DNA of 64,000 nt from Spirochaetia bacterium (lineage in GTDB: Bacteria > Spirochaetota > Spirochaetia > UBA9216). The DNA is taken from assembly GCA_965140585.1 (NCBI GenBank), contig OZ223270.1:1-64000 (forward strand), given 5' to 3'. Below the pieces are notes generated by a model. The model saw nothing but the letters and a program-made list of their open reading frames with translations, had not been told where the DNA came from and did not search any database. Shown in pieces: positions 33,202-43,800 of the stretch (positions are counted from its first letter, which is position 1; the number at the start of each line of letters is the position of its first letter). The position numbers and the translations under genes were made by a program.

Positions 33202-34029
33202 ATGAAAGGACTTATTGTAGCAGCCGGGTACGGCACCAGATTTCTTCCCGTGACCAAAACCATCCCGAAGGAAATGCTTCCTCTTATAGATAAACCGTCA
33301 ATTGCTTTTATAATTGAGGAGTTTATTAATTCCGGAATCGACGAGATTCTAATTATTACATCCAGACGTAAAAAAAGTCTGGAAGACTTCCTTGACAGAG
33401 AGATCGAACTTGAGTCGGTATTTGACAAAGAGGGTTCCGCAGCAAAGGCTGCAAAAATCAAGCCCTATGACGCGAAATTTCTTTTTGTACGTCAGCAGGA
33501 AATGATGGGAACCGGACATGCACTTATGCAGGCAAGACCGATGCTTGACGGCGAACCCTTTGTTGTAGCCTATCCTGACGACCTGCACTTCGGAGACAAG
33601 CCGCTGGCCCTCCAGCTTATTGAAAAATACAGAGAAACCGGCTGCAGCGTCATGGCGACCCTGCATAATCCGCCGAACCTTGAACGCTACGGGATTCTTA
33701 AGCTGGCCGACGATGGCCTGCACGTTACTGACATCGTTGAAAAGCCGGCTCCGGGAACCGAACCAAGCTGTGAGGCTTCAATAGGACGGTATCTATATAC
33801 TCCTGAAATTTTTGACTTACTGGAAGAAGGATGGTCAAAACATACTTCTGGTGAATACTTCCATACATATGCTCTTAATAAAATGATGTCGGCTGGAAAC
33901 GTAGTTTACTGCGAAACCGAGGGCGAGAGACTCGATACGGGAGCCCCGGCGGGCTATCTGCAGGCGATAATTAAGTACGCAATGCAGGACCCCGAACTTG
34001 CTGAAGTTCTGCGCAGCGAAGTGAAATAA
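33202..34029 (+). CDS. galU: UTP--glucose-1-phosphate uridylyltransferase family
   Basis: AAGYGTRFLPVTKTIPKEMLP, VRQ...GTGHA, VEKP, GRY, DTG. Confidence 0.85.
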   Translation: MKGLIVAAGYGTRFLPVTKTIPKEMLPLIDKPSIAFIIEEFINSGIDEILIITSRRKKSLEDFLDREIELESVFDKEGSAAKAAKIKPYDAKFLFVRQQEMMGTGHALMQARPMLDGEPFVVAYPDDLHFGDKPLALQLIEKYRETGCSVMATLHNPPNLERYGILKLADDGLHVTDIVEKPAPGTEPSCEASIGRYLYTPEIFDLLEEGWSKHTSGEYFHTYALNKMMSAGNVVYCETEGERLDTGAPAGYLQAIIKYAMQDPELAEVLRSEVK

Positions 34030-34053
34030 TCTGCCTGCTAATAAACAGCGATT

Positions 34054-35139
34054 TTACCAGCGGTTGAGAACCTTCTCGGCAAACCCCATAAAGTCTTTTA
34101 TTTCCAGGGCTGTTCCGTCATCAAGGACAGCCCTGCCGCTGAATTTACCGAAAACCTGATGTTGGCAGCTTCTGATAATAAGAATGTTGGTATCGGAAAA
34201 CCGGTCTATAAGCGGTTTGAATTCCATTTCAAATCTGCCGTCAGAGCTTGTAAATGTCCAGGGTTCCGTAAACTGCTCACAGCCTTTTGAATCTACCGGA
34301 ATATTGAAAGTCACATTTTCAAACTTATGGCCCCTTCCGTCATAGAAGATGATATTCTCGGTTGCGGCCGAGGTATCACCGAACCCGTAGCCTATGTTGA
34401 ATCCGAAGCGCTTTCCATCAATAATACCGGAACCTGACCCCCAGTACCACGTATTATTGTAAGTCCACACGCCCCTTCCCCAGTCAAGGACAGCATAACT
34501 GCCGGTCGACGGTAATTCACTATCCTGCCTGGATTCTGTACCCTTATTTGTAAAATCGATGCTTTTCCGCCCGGATATAAGACTGCCTTCAGCCTTCATG
34601 CAGTTGATTTTACGGTTAAAGTAGAAATGGGCTGATTTATCAAAGGGAGTAGCAATGACCATGCTGTCATCTGAAAGCGGCTGTTCAAGAACAAGCGACC
34701 CGCTTAGGCCATTATCTCCGTCAAAAGCCGGATAATCAACCTCAAGAGTTCTTATAAGGCTGTTTCCGCTCTGACTGAGAAGAAAACTTATTCTAATGCC
34801 TTTTTCATTTACAACCACATCACCTTCCTCAGTGGAACCGGGCAAATTAAGTTTCCCCATAGGAAAGAGCCCCATAACTGAACCGCTTGTTTCGGTTTTA
34901 TTTTTAAAATCAAAAACTGTGACAGAATAAAATGCCATATATCCGTTATCTGCAACCGTCAGAGCAATACCGTCGTTGTCATTCATAACACAGTAATAGT
35001 CCCATTCTTTGATTCTCCATGCTGGGGCTTTAATCATATTCCGCCCGTAACTAAACAGGGGCTTTCTTGCCCAGCCCGGAGTACCAATATTCCCATTAGA
35101 ATTGAGAAGTACAGTTTTTTCGGTAATTTCAGTCTGCAT
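34054..35139 (-). CDS. DUF2804 family protein
   Basis: RIKEWDYY, LDWGRGVW.Y...WYW, FGFNIGYGFGDTSAATEN, QHQVFG.FSG, GFAEKV.NRW. Confidence 0.85.
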   Translation of the reverse strand: MQTEITEKTVLLNSNGNIGTPGWARKPLFSYGRNMIKAPAWRIKEWDYYCVMNDNDGIALTVADNGYMAFYSVTVFDFKNKTETSGSVMGLFPMGKLNLPGSTEEGDVVVNEKGIRISFLLSQSGNSLIRTLEVDYPAFDGDNGLSGSLVLEQPLSDDSMVIATPFDKSAHFYFNRKINCMKAEGSLISGRKSIDFTNKGTESRQDSELPSTGSYAVLDWGRGVWTYNNTWYWGSGSGIIDGKRFGFNIGYGFGDTSAATENIIFYDGRGHKFENVTFNIPVDSKGCEQFTEPWTFTSSDGRFEMEFKPLIDRFSDTNILIIRSCQHQVFGKFSGRAVLDDGTALEIKDFMGFAEKVLNRW

Positions 35140-36040
35140 ATTCGACCTCCATATTTTTAATTAAGCCTTCAAGCTGTTGAGCTTCTGCCGGCCGGCCATG
35201 TTTTCTGCAGCCTTCTATCCATACCCGGCATTTAAATTTAAGTTCATTAAAAGCAGCACTCTTCTGTGTGCCTGAAAAGCCATTCCAGCAATACCCTTCA
35301 GTATACAAGGCTCCGGGAAAATCAGGGTATATTTCTTTAAATGCAGCGGATGCACCCAGAAGCCCGGCAAGCCCCGTAAGTCTGAACCATTCTATTCTGC
35401 CGTACTTTTCAGACAACTGCGGCCAGTCCCCGGCCTGTTTACATGTATGTTTTTCATTCAGATAACCCACATTTGCGGCAGGGGTTATGCGTAACCAGTA
35501 TTCATAGTCCTCCGCTATCTCCAGATTTTCGTTGAACCCGCCGGTATTAAAATAAAAATCACGGCACATCATAACTGTTGAGGGACCGATTATACATTTC
35601 TTAAGAGCATCTGCAAAAATGTCGCCTTCGCGGCGGTGTTTCTGCCCCTTCTGGCTGACCTCTTTACCGTTTCTCATCCACTGTTCGCGGGTATGTGATA
35701 CCTGAAGAGCCTTCGCCTGCATAAGCTCAAGCTGATTTTTAAGTTTATCAGGAAACCAGTAATCATCGGAATCGAGAAAAGCCAGAAACTCACCTTCTGC
35801 AGATTCTGCGCCTCGGTTTCTTGCCGCCCCGGGCATTCCGCTATGCCGGAACTTTAAAACCCTTATACGGCTGTCTTCGGATGCAAGTCTGTCGGCTATA
35901 AAGGGCGTTTCATCTGTGGAGCCGTCATCTGTGATGAGCAGTTCGAAATCAGTCATTGTCTGAGAAAGGACGCTGCCGACTGCCTTTATAAGGTGGGCGG
36001 GACGGTTGTACACAGGGATTATGGCAGATATAAGCGGCAT
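35129..36040 (-). CDS. GT2 family glycosyltransferase
   Basis: ISAIIPVYNR, DDGSTD, ARNRG, FLDSDD, EDYEYWLR. Confidence 0.92.
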   Translation of the reverse strand: MPLISAIIPVYNRPAHLIKAVGSVLSQTMTDFELLITDDGSTDETPFIADRLASEDSRIRVLKFRHSGMPGAARNRGAESAEGEFLAFLDSDDYWFPDKLKNQLELMQAKALQVSHTREQWMRNGKEVSQKGQKHRREGDIFADALKKCIIGPSTVMMCRDFYFNTGGFNENLEIAEDYEYWLRITPAANVGYLNEKHTCKQAGDWPQLSEKYGRIEWFRLTGLAGLLGASAAFKEIYPDFPGALYTEGYCWNGFSGTQKSAAFNELKFKCRVWIEGCRKHGRPAEAQQLEGLIKNMEVEYAD

Positions 36041-36043
36041 AAA

Positions 36044-36652
36044 TCAGTCTTCAGTTACAGTTTTAACAAGATAGATTGAGAGAACCTTCTCATTCTCCGC
36101 CAGCTCACTCTCAACTATTTCATCATTAAGCAGAATCTGACCGCCCAGGTCTTTAATATGGTAAATGTAGTAAGTGTCAGGAACGGAACTGAATAAATCG
36201 GTTGAAAGTGAAAGTTGTGTATCGGAATCCACTGAAAGAACCTTCGCGGATGAAATTGATGTTGCATTCTGGTAGATAACGTCGCCTTCGACTATCCCCG
36301 CGGTTGTGAAGCTGGCTGTGGAATCTATAAGCTTTGCAGCTCCGTATAGATCGGCTGTACCATTCAGAAAATAGTTAAATACATCGTCCCGAAGGATATC
36401 AGCTTTGAGGTAAAGATACCCTTTAAATTCAGCACCTGCAGTAAACACTCCTGAAGTCCATGGAAGTTCTTCAGCTGTAAGCTTAATAATATTGTCATCT
36501 CCATCGCTGTATGAAATATCCGCAGTGGCTCCATCAAATCCGCTTACTTTGTATTCGTATGTATCTGCAATCACAGCCGGAATCTCTATATCAGAACACC
36601 CTGAAAGAAATGCTATTATACTTATTAAAAATATTAAGTAACTGTTTTTCAT
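36044..36652 (-). CDS. Lipoprotein, unknown function
   Basis: MKNSYLIFLISIIAFLSG-C lipobox; 3 bp upstream of the GT2 gene. Confidence 0.75.
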   Translation of the reverse strand: MKNSYLIFLISIIAFLSGCSDIEIPAVIADTYEYKVSGFDGATADISYSDGDDNIIKLTAEELPWTSGVFTAGAEFKGYLYLKADILRDDVFNYFLNGTADLYGAAKLIDSTASFTTAGIVEGDVIYQNATSISSAKVLSVDSDTQLSLSTDLFSSVPDTYYIYHIKDLGGQILLNDEIVESELAENEKVLSIYLVKTVTED

Positions 36653-36758
36653 AAAATTGCCGTATATATAATGTATCATAATTTCGGGAAAATGCTAAAA
36701 ATTTTTATAATTGAAATCGCATGATATTTTTCCGGAAAATGATATAATGTAAGTAAAT

Positions 36759-37898
36759 ATGAAAAAACTCTTCCTTAAGATATTTACAGTATTCTCACTT
36801 CTGACACTACTTACAGGCTGCTCATACGATTATTTCTCGAGGTATGAAAGCAAGAATCTTATTCAGCACCTGAGTCTGGCAGACTGGACTCTTTCAGTAA
36901 GCACTACATACATGGATTACAGCACCGTCACTGCAGCAGTAGCCGGAACTTCCGGGCTTCCCGATGCAGCAGCTGCTATTTACTGCATTGAAAACCTGAA
37001 CCTGGTTCCCGACGGAGATTTTGAAGCAACCACACCTGACACCAACTCATTTCCTGCTGGATGGGACAATTCTAATGCCGATGCAGGAGACGGAGTGGAG
37101 TCGGGCTCTCCCATTGACGGACAGGCCCTTCGATTTGACGAGGGTATTGGAGAATATCTTACTTACGATGTAAACACGATATCTGACGGAGCTATTCCCG
37201 ACTCAAACTACCTGCTTAGATTCGATCTGTCGGGAGATAACACCGGAAACTATTATTTCAGAATTGAAGACACATCCGGTTCAGGAAATGTAACTACATA
37301 TTCTGCAAACCTTCTCCAGAGTGGAACTGCATTCGCCTTTCCTGCTGATTTTTCATCTATATCCCTTACAGAATTTTTAATACATACTGACGACAGCGAA
37401 GTTTTTCATATAAACCTCAGCGACGTCACACTTCAGGCAGGGTATATTGACAACTTCAGGATCGTAAAGTCAGATCAGGATCAGAATATTTCAATTGAAC
37501 TGCCCTTTATCGATGAGAATAGAATCGACTCACTTAACCTTATCTCGGGCTATTACAGATTCAGTGTCTGGGTTAAAGCTGATCCGAATGCCGGTGTTTC
37601 AAATACATTTGCTGCAGAGGCTGTTTCCCTCTCGATAAGTTCATTGGATGAGGAAGGTCTTGCATCAAGGGCAAACAGTGCAGCATTCGACGCTTCTGAT
37701 TATTCATCATTTTCCAATTGGACAGAGATTTATATTGATGCCGAGCTTCAGATTGCACTCCCCTACTGGGGGGAGACCACTGTAATAAAGCTCCAGATAA
37801 GCCCGGGTGATATTACCGCAGGAGCTTCCGGCATTGATTCAGGTTCAATACTTGTATCAACACCGGGACTTTATTATTCCCCCGACTCAGAGTTCTGA
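36759..37898 (+). CDS. Lipoprotein with possible carbohydrate-binding (CBM4/9-like) domains
   Basis: Lipobox LLTG-C; NLVPDGDFE...GW and YRFSVWVKA...W motifs typical of jelly-roll modules. Confidence 0.7.
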   Translation: MKKLFLKIFTVFSLLTLLTGCSYDYFSRYESKNLIQHLSLADWTLSVSTTYMDYSTVTAAVAGTSGLPDAAAAIYCIENLNLVPDGDFEATTPDTNSFPAGWDNSNADAGDGVESGSPIDGQALRFDEGIGEYLTYDVNTISDGAIPDSNYLLRFDLSGDNTGNYYFRIEDTSGSGNVTTYSANLLQSGTAFAFPADFSSISLTEFLIHTDDSEVFHINLSDVTLQAGYIDNFRIVKSDQDQNISIELPFIDENRIDSLNLISGYYRFSVWVKADPNAGVSNTFAAEAVSLSISSLDEEGLASRANSAAFDASDYSSFSNWTEIYIDAELQIALPYWGETTVIKLQISPGDITAGASGIDSGSILVSTPGLYYSPDSEF

Positions 37899-37899
37899 G

Positions 37900-40800
37900 C
37901 TATTTAACAATCATAACCTTCCTATACTCATCAATTCCCGGGGCAACTATTCTTATGAAATAAATCCCCCTGGCAACGATATTACCGGCCCGGTTTGTTC
38001 CGTCCCAGCTGAAGTTGTACGTGCCGGCACCCTGTGCGCCGCGATGAATAACCTTAACCAGATCACCGGCCATATTAAAGACATTAATGGTAACCATTCC
38101 GGCATTCGGCAGGTCATAAGTAAGAACGGTCTTCTCATCACCCTCAACAGGATTGATGACATTATTAAGTATCGTCACACCGGCCGCTTGCTTCTTTATA
38201 TCCTTAATTGAAAAACTCCATGGAACAATGGTCCGAGGATCATCCTTATCAAGAAGATTAGCACAGAAGAGATCTCCGACTTTAAGCAGGAACTGGACTT
38301 CATTACCTGTTTCAATCTCGGAATCATCCGAAGGAATCATAAATTTTCTGGTACCCTCACTACTGCTGTATGGGTTAAGACCTCTGGCTGATGTGTTTGC
38401 CGCAGGAACAAGAGCATTGTTATAGCTCGGGAGCCAGAAGCCGTCATTAAGAACAGACTCTGAAGGATCAACGTCATAATAGAGGCTGGCCGAAAGACCT
38501 TTAAACCTGTCGGCTGCAAGAATTGAGGCTTCAAGCGTAATATTACTGTCTGTCAGATATCCTGTACCGTCAAAGATTCTCAGGCTTGTATCTGTTCCAT
38601 ACAGAGAGTTATTATGCAGGCTGTCTGCCGCCCATATCGGGTTCATGACACCTATTCCGATATCAGAGAAGCGGTGTATGGAGGTAACCTCCATAGCGTT
38701 GCCCAGCTTATCATAGATCTGAGTAGCCTGGGGTATAATCTTTGCCTCAAGGATTTCATCTGCGGTAAGGCCTGAATCAAGGTTGAACCATGCTTCAAGC
38801 AGTCCGCCGCTAAGATAGCTTATTGCGGTAATTCCATTCAGAGAATTGGTTGTACCGCTGAAGCTGAAGTCGGTTTCTGCGACATTAACATAGCCTGCGC
38901 CAAAAACAGGCTCGGAAAACCTGATATATATCTTAGTATCACCAACAGCACCAAGGGCAAGTTCAATATACGGAGGAATACGCTCAACACCAGAAAGAGA
39001 AATTGAGGTGGTAGGTATAAGATTTCCGGCAAGGTCGGTTATATATCCGATTGATGCATCATACTTTATCTGAAGAGCTGTACGGGTATTCCAGGTATGC
39101 AGATCATTCAAAGTCAGTGCAAAATAAGAGTCATCAGCAACTGTAATCGGGCCGAGGAAGATCGAAGAATCCTGAACCGTAGTAGTAATACCGGTATTAT
39201 ATCCGGCTGTCAAACTTGTATCATTTACATCCGCGATAAAAAAGGCGGTATAAGGATCAATCGAGTTTGCAGCATCAATGGCACATGTAGCATCACGGAC
39301 ACCGAGGTTTGCGCCTGCTTCCGGATGAACAATTCCAGCGTCGATAGCCTGGGAGAATCCGCCCTGTGAAGTTTCATTATCCCTTATAAAGAACTCAAGC
39401 CTTTCAATCTTTCCGGTAGTAACGTTAGCGATAGAAATAATTTCATATGTATTTGGAATAACAGTATCGTCATAGACTGAAAAAATAGGAGGCTCAACAT
39501 CCCATCCGGTAATATGGTCTGCAGGCATGCTTATATTCGGTAAACTTGTTGTCCCGCTCACAAGGATATCGGAGACAGCTGTTGTGATAACCGGATCTGC
39601 TATAGCATCTGTCCCCCTGTATGGCTCAGTAGAAGGTTCAATTGTATTCCCATCGGCATCTTTAATAAAACTGTTTGCCAGCGCTTTAATAGAAACTCCG
39701 CCGGCTGTTACATCGGTATTTACGCTGTGACTTAAAAGAGTTTCTGCAGGATCTCCGAGATATCCCGGCCAGAGGGCTGTATCATCAGTTCGCCAGCCCG
39801 CTACATATAGAGTTATTCCAAAATCTCCTGACGGGTTTTCTGTACCGCTTCTATACATGGAGGTAATTGCCGGGTTACCGTCACGGCTGCCAGATAAAAA
39901 AGTTCCTGTATACGAGAAATAACCGACAACATCAACGACTGCTCCATTCTGAACAATATGACCACCGTGCTCACCGGTAGCAAAGGTTTCATCTGCACGG
40001 TCATTTGCCGGAGGCGCTCCCGCACCAATTGCATAATTAACATCATCTCCGATATCTACAGGCTCTGAATACCTGAGATGAAGGAAGTTGTGGCCGTCAT
40101 ATATCTCATCAGACGCAGCTGCCTGATGGTTCACCCGACCGCCTACAACTGCAACAAGATTCGGTCGGCATTCATCTGCAAAAGTTTCATTCGTAGATCC
40201 GTCAGCAATATCCTCGGTGTTAAGCCCATAATTCCGAATATGGTTATGGCCTTCTGCATCAAACAAAGATCCCTTCAGCATTGAAAGTGATGCTGAAATT
40301 GCCTGATGATTTCCTTCGCGGTCCGAACTTCCGGTATTACCGTCACTTGTTCCGGTTGCATCCGTATTCCATGTTGCTGTAGTCCTGTCTATCTGAAGGT
40401 AGAATGTAGTGAGATCTCCCGCACCGTCTGTGGTTGTGAAATTAAACGGAGCAGCATCATCAGCATCAATATATGAGGCACTGAAGGTAAGTCCTGAGTT
40501 TCCATCGACATAGACGTTTGAAACAGCAGCGGATATTTCATCACTATCGTTTTCGATTGCCTCTGTGAATGTAACCCTTATTACATTATCAAAGACAGTC
40601 TCATAATTTACAATCTCGGGAAATGTTGAATCTACGTTTGCAACATTATTTCCGCCGTCAGTATTTCCGTTCTGGGGATCAACGCCAAGCCAATTTGAAG
40701 CGTTACAGTAATCTACTGCCGATCTGAAAACAACTGCATAGTTTGTGCCGTAGGGCCAATCGGTTATATTATCGCCCGGAGCTGTATCAAGCCCGGTGAC

Positions 40801-43800
40801 AGTTGAATTATCGTTTACAATTAGGTTCCAGGCTGCAGTTCCCGGAAGACCCGCGCCGTTAACATAGAAATTACCGCCTGCATTAATAGTTGAGCCGTTA
40901 AGATTAGCAAAGGCAGCACCCGGGGCAGTGCTGAATACCGCAGTTCCGGCGTTATATGTTCCTGCAGAGGGATAGTATGCAAGAGCTCCGGTATTCGGAT
41001 AGGCAAAATAGATATTGCCTGCATGTGTTGCGGCTCTGGCTGAATCAATTGCTGAGTATGTACCTCCGAATACAGCAAGATCACCATTTGTTGTCAGTGT
41101 CCTTGCATTCAGATTGAGAGTTCCGTCATAGAAGATTAAATTATCGGCTGAAAGATGTTTCTGCAGAACCAGGGTGTAACCGCCGGCATCTATGTATAAA
41201 TCCTGGGCACTGATATCTATTGTAGCGGCAGTGGAGGTACAGTTTCCAGCTCCGCGGATGAGCACATATCGAAATGGTATCAGCCCGCTGCCGACAACGC
41301 CATTCAGGGTTAAGGTTCCAATTCCTGAATCCAGGGATAGAATCCCGGTATCAGCACTGCTGCTAACGACTGTTGAATTAAATGTTAAATCTCCCTGTAT
41401 AGAGCCAGTATCATTAATATCAGTATCAAAAACGATAGACTCATCGTCAGTAACAGTTACTGCTGAGGTAAAATAGATATCATCCTGAGTCGTGGTCACA
41501 TTTCCGGCAGTCTGAACAGCTCCGGCTCCATCCTGTGTGAAAGCACCGTCGAGCGATATGTCAGCACCCGGTGCTATATCAAGAAGTCCGGCATTTGTTA
41601 TGGTTACAGCTCCGCCGTTTCCGGCAGTTGAGGTATCGATCGTACTGTTGATTGTAACTGTATTGGTTGTAAGATCCATGCCCCCGGCAGCCTGCAGCAC
41701 TACGGCTCCATCAAACTGGGTATCACCTGTTCCTGCAGTTTGAGTTAGTGTATTTGCACTGAAGGCCAAATCAGCAGTAACATCTGCAGCACTGTTGATA
41801 CTAACATCGCCAAGATCATTTGCTCCGCCGACAATTCCGTTAAAATCAATATTACCGGTTCCTGCTGTAAGACTCAGGTCGTCATCAAAGTTGGCATCAT
41901 CGCCGTTGAGCGTCCCATTGAAGGTAATTGTCCCTGCACCTGCATCGGTATCGAGCGAGACAGTCCCGTTATCAGTAATAGTCACGTTTCTGGTGAAATA
42001 TATACTGTCATTTGTGGTAGTAATATTTCCTGCTGTCTCCACATCTCCGGCACCATCCTGTAAAAAGGCACCGTCAAGGCTCATATTGGCACCTGCTGCT
42101 ATATCAAGCAGACCGGCATTGGTTATTGTTACGGTTCCTCCGTTTCCTGCCGCCAAGGTGTTTATAGTACTGTTAATAGTTACCGTACTGGTTGTTATAT
42201 CCATTCCGCCCAAGGCCTGCAGCGTTATAGCGCCGTCAAACTGGGTATCGCCTGTGCCCGCTGTCTGGGTTAAAGTGTTTGCACTGAAGGCTGCATCTGC
42301 TGTCACATCAAGAGCACTGCTGATTAATACATTGCCCATGTCGACCGAGCTTCCAACAGCGGCATTAAAATCAATATTACCGGTTCCGGCAATAAGGGTA
42401 AGATTGTCCGTAAAATCAGAACCCTCGCCATCGAGTGTTCCACTGAAAGTAATTGTTCCGCCTACGCCTGCACCTGTACTGACTGTAACAGTCGCATCAT
42501 CAGTTATATATGTATTACTTGCAAACTGAATTGTGTTGTTTGAGGTCGTAACATTGCTGTTTGTATCGATTGAGGTGCCGCCGGTCAGAGTAATACCACC
42601 GGTACCTCCGTTTATAGCCGCATTTATATCAAGGTTATTTCCGGCACCTATACCGGTCAGGATTATACCTCCCGCACCTGCGGCTGAAGCTCCTGCCCCG
42701 TTCAGGGTAATAGTACCGTCGGCATCCAGACGGATATTTCCACCTGCAACTGTACTCAGTCCTGTAACTGTAACAGCGCCGGATTCATCAATCGCGATAT
42801 CACCGCCTGCGGAATTGCCAACATTTAATGTATTTACAGTTGTACTGATCGCCTGCCCAAAGCTTACACCAGTACCATTTGCAGTACTGATGGTAAGTAC
42901 ATCGCCGGTAACATTCGAGGTTGAATCGGTATTTGTAACTGCCCCGTTAGCCGTTGTCAGGCTAATGTCGGCATTGCTTCCCTGGGCATCAATTGTATCA
43001 ACCTCAATATCACCGTTAGCTGCGGTTACGCTGATATCGTTAACATCTGTATCGTTACTGCTTACAATATTAGTCAGAACGATATTTCCGGCATTAACCG
43101 TCGAAAGGGTAACCGGGCCGTTTGAAGCCGTAACCGAGGTAAAAGTAACTGCATCGGTCTCCCTGATGGTTACCGAACCTGCAGCCTGCGCATTCAGAGT
43201 CATTGTTGAAACAGCAGTATCCAGATTTATTCCGCCCTGAGCAGTAATGTTAAGATCGGATGCGCTTATATCATTCTCTGCATTTCCGCCTGGATCGGTA
43301 ACCGCATTCAAGGAAGTAAGGACAATATCTCCCGTACCGCCTGTTGTAAGCAGGACAACAGGCGTCGGACCGACAGGATCATATAGAGCGATATCGCTCC
43401 CATCTGCAGAACTGTCAGCGGAAAGTCCGACTGCAGCCCTTACGTCGACAGCCCCGTTTGCAGCCTGACCTATTCCTGAGTCATCTGCCGTAAGTATTAT
43501 AACCGCGGCAGTCACATCGGCGGTTGTATCAGAGGCAGTTGAATCATCAATTGCTCCCGATGCAGATATTGATACAGTATCATCTGCTGTATCCGCAGTA
43601 ATACTACCGAGGCCTGTATCTGCACCGGTTCCGCCGGTATTGGTTACAGTTATGTCTCCGTTTGAAGCAGTGACAGTGACCAGTGTCAGGCTTTGGTTTC
43701 CTGTTTGATCAAAATCAATTGTTGAAGCCCCGCCCGTTGTCATCGTTGTAACTGAAAGTCCGGCATCGGCAGTATGATCAATATCGATATTTCCGGAAGC

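Noticed and set aside
33202-34029. galU as a dedicated Pel precursor gene
   Set aside because: It has its own promoter after a terminator, and characterised Pel uses UDP-GalNAc rather than UDP-Glc; kept only as neighbourhood context.
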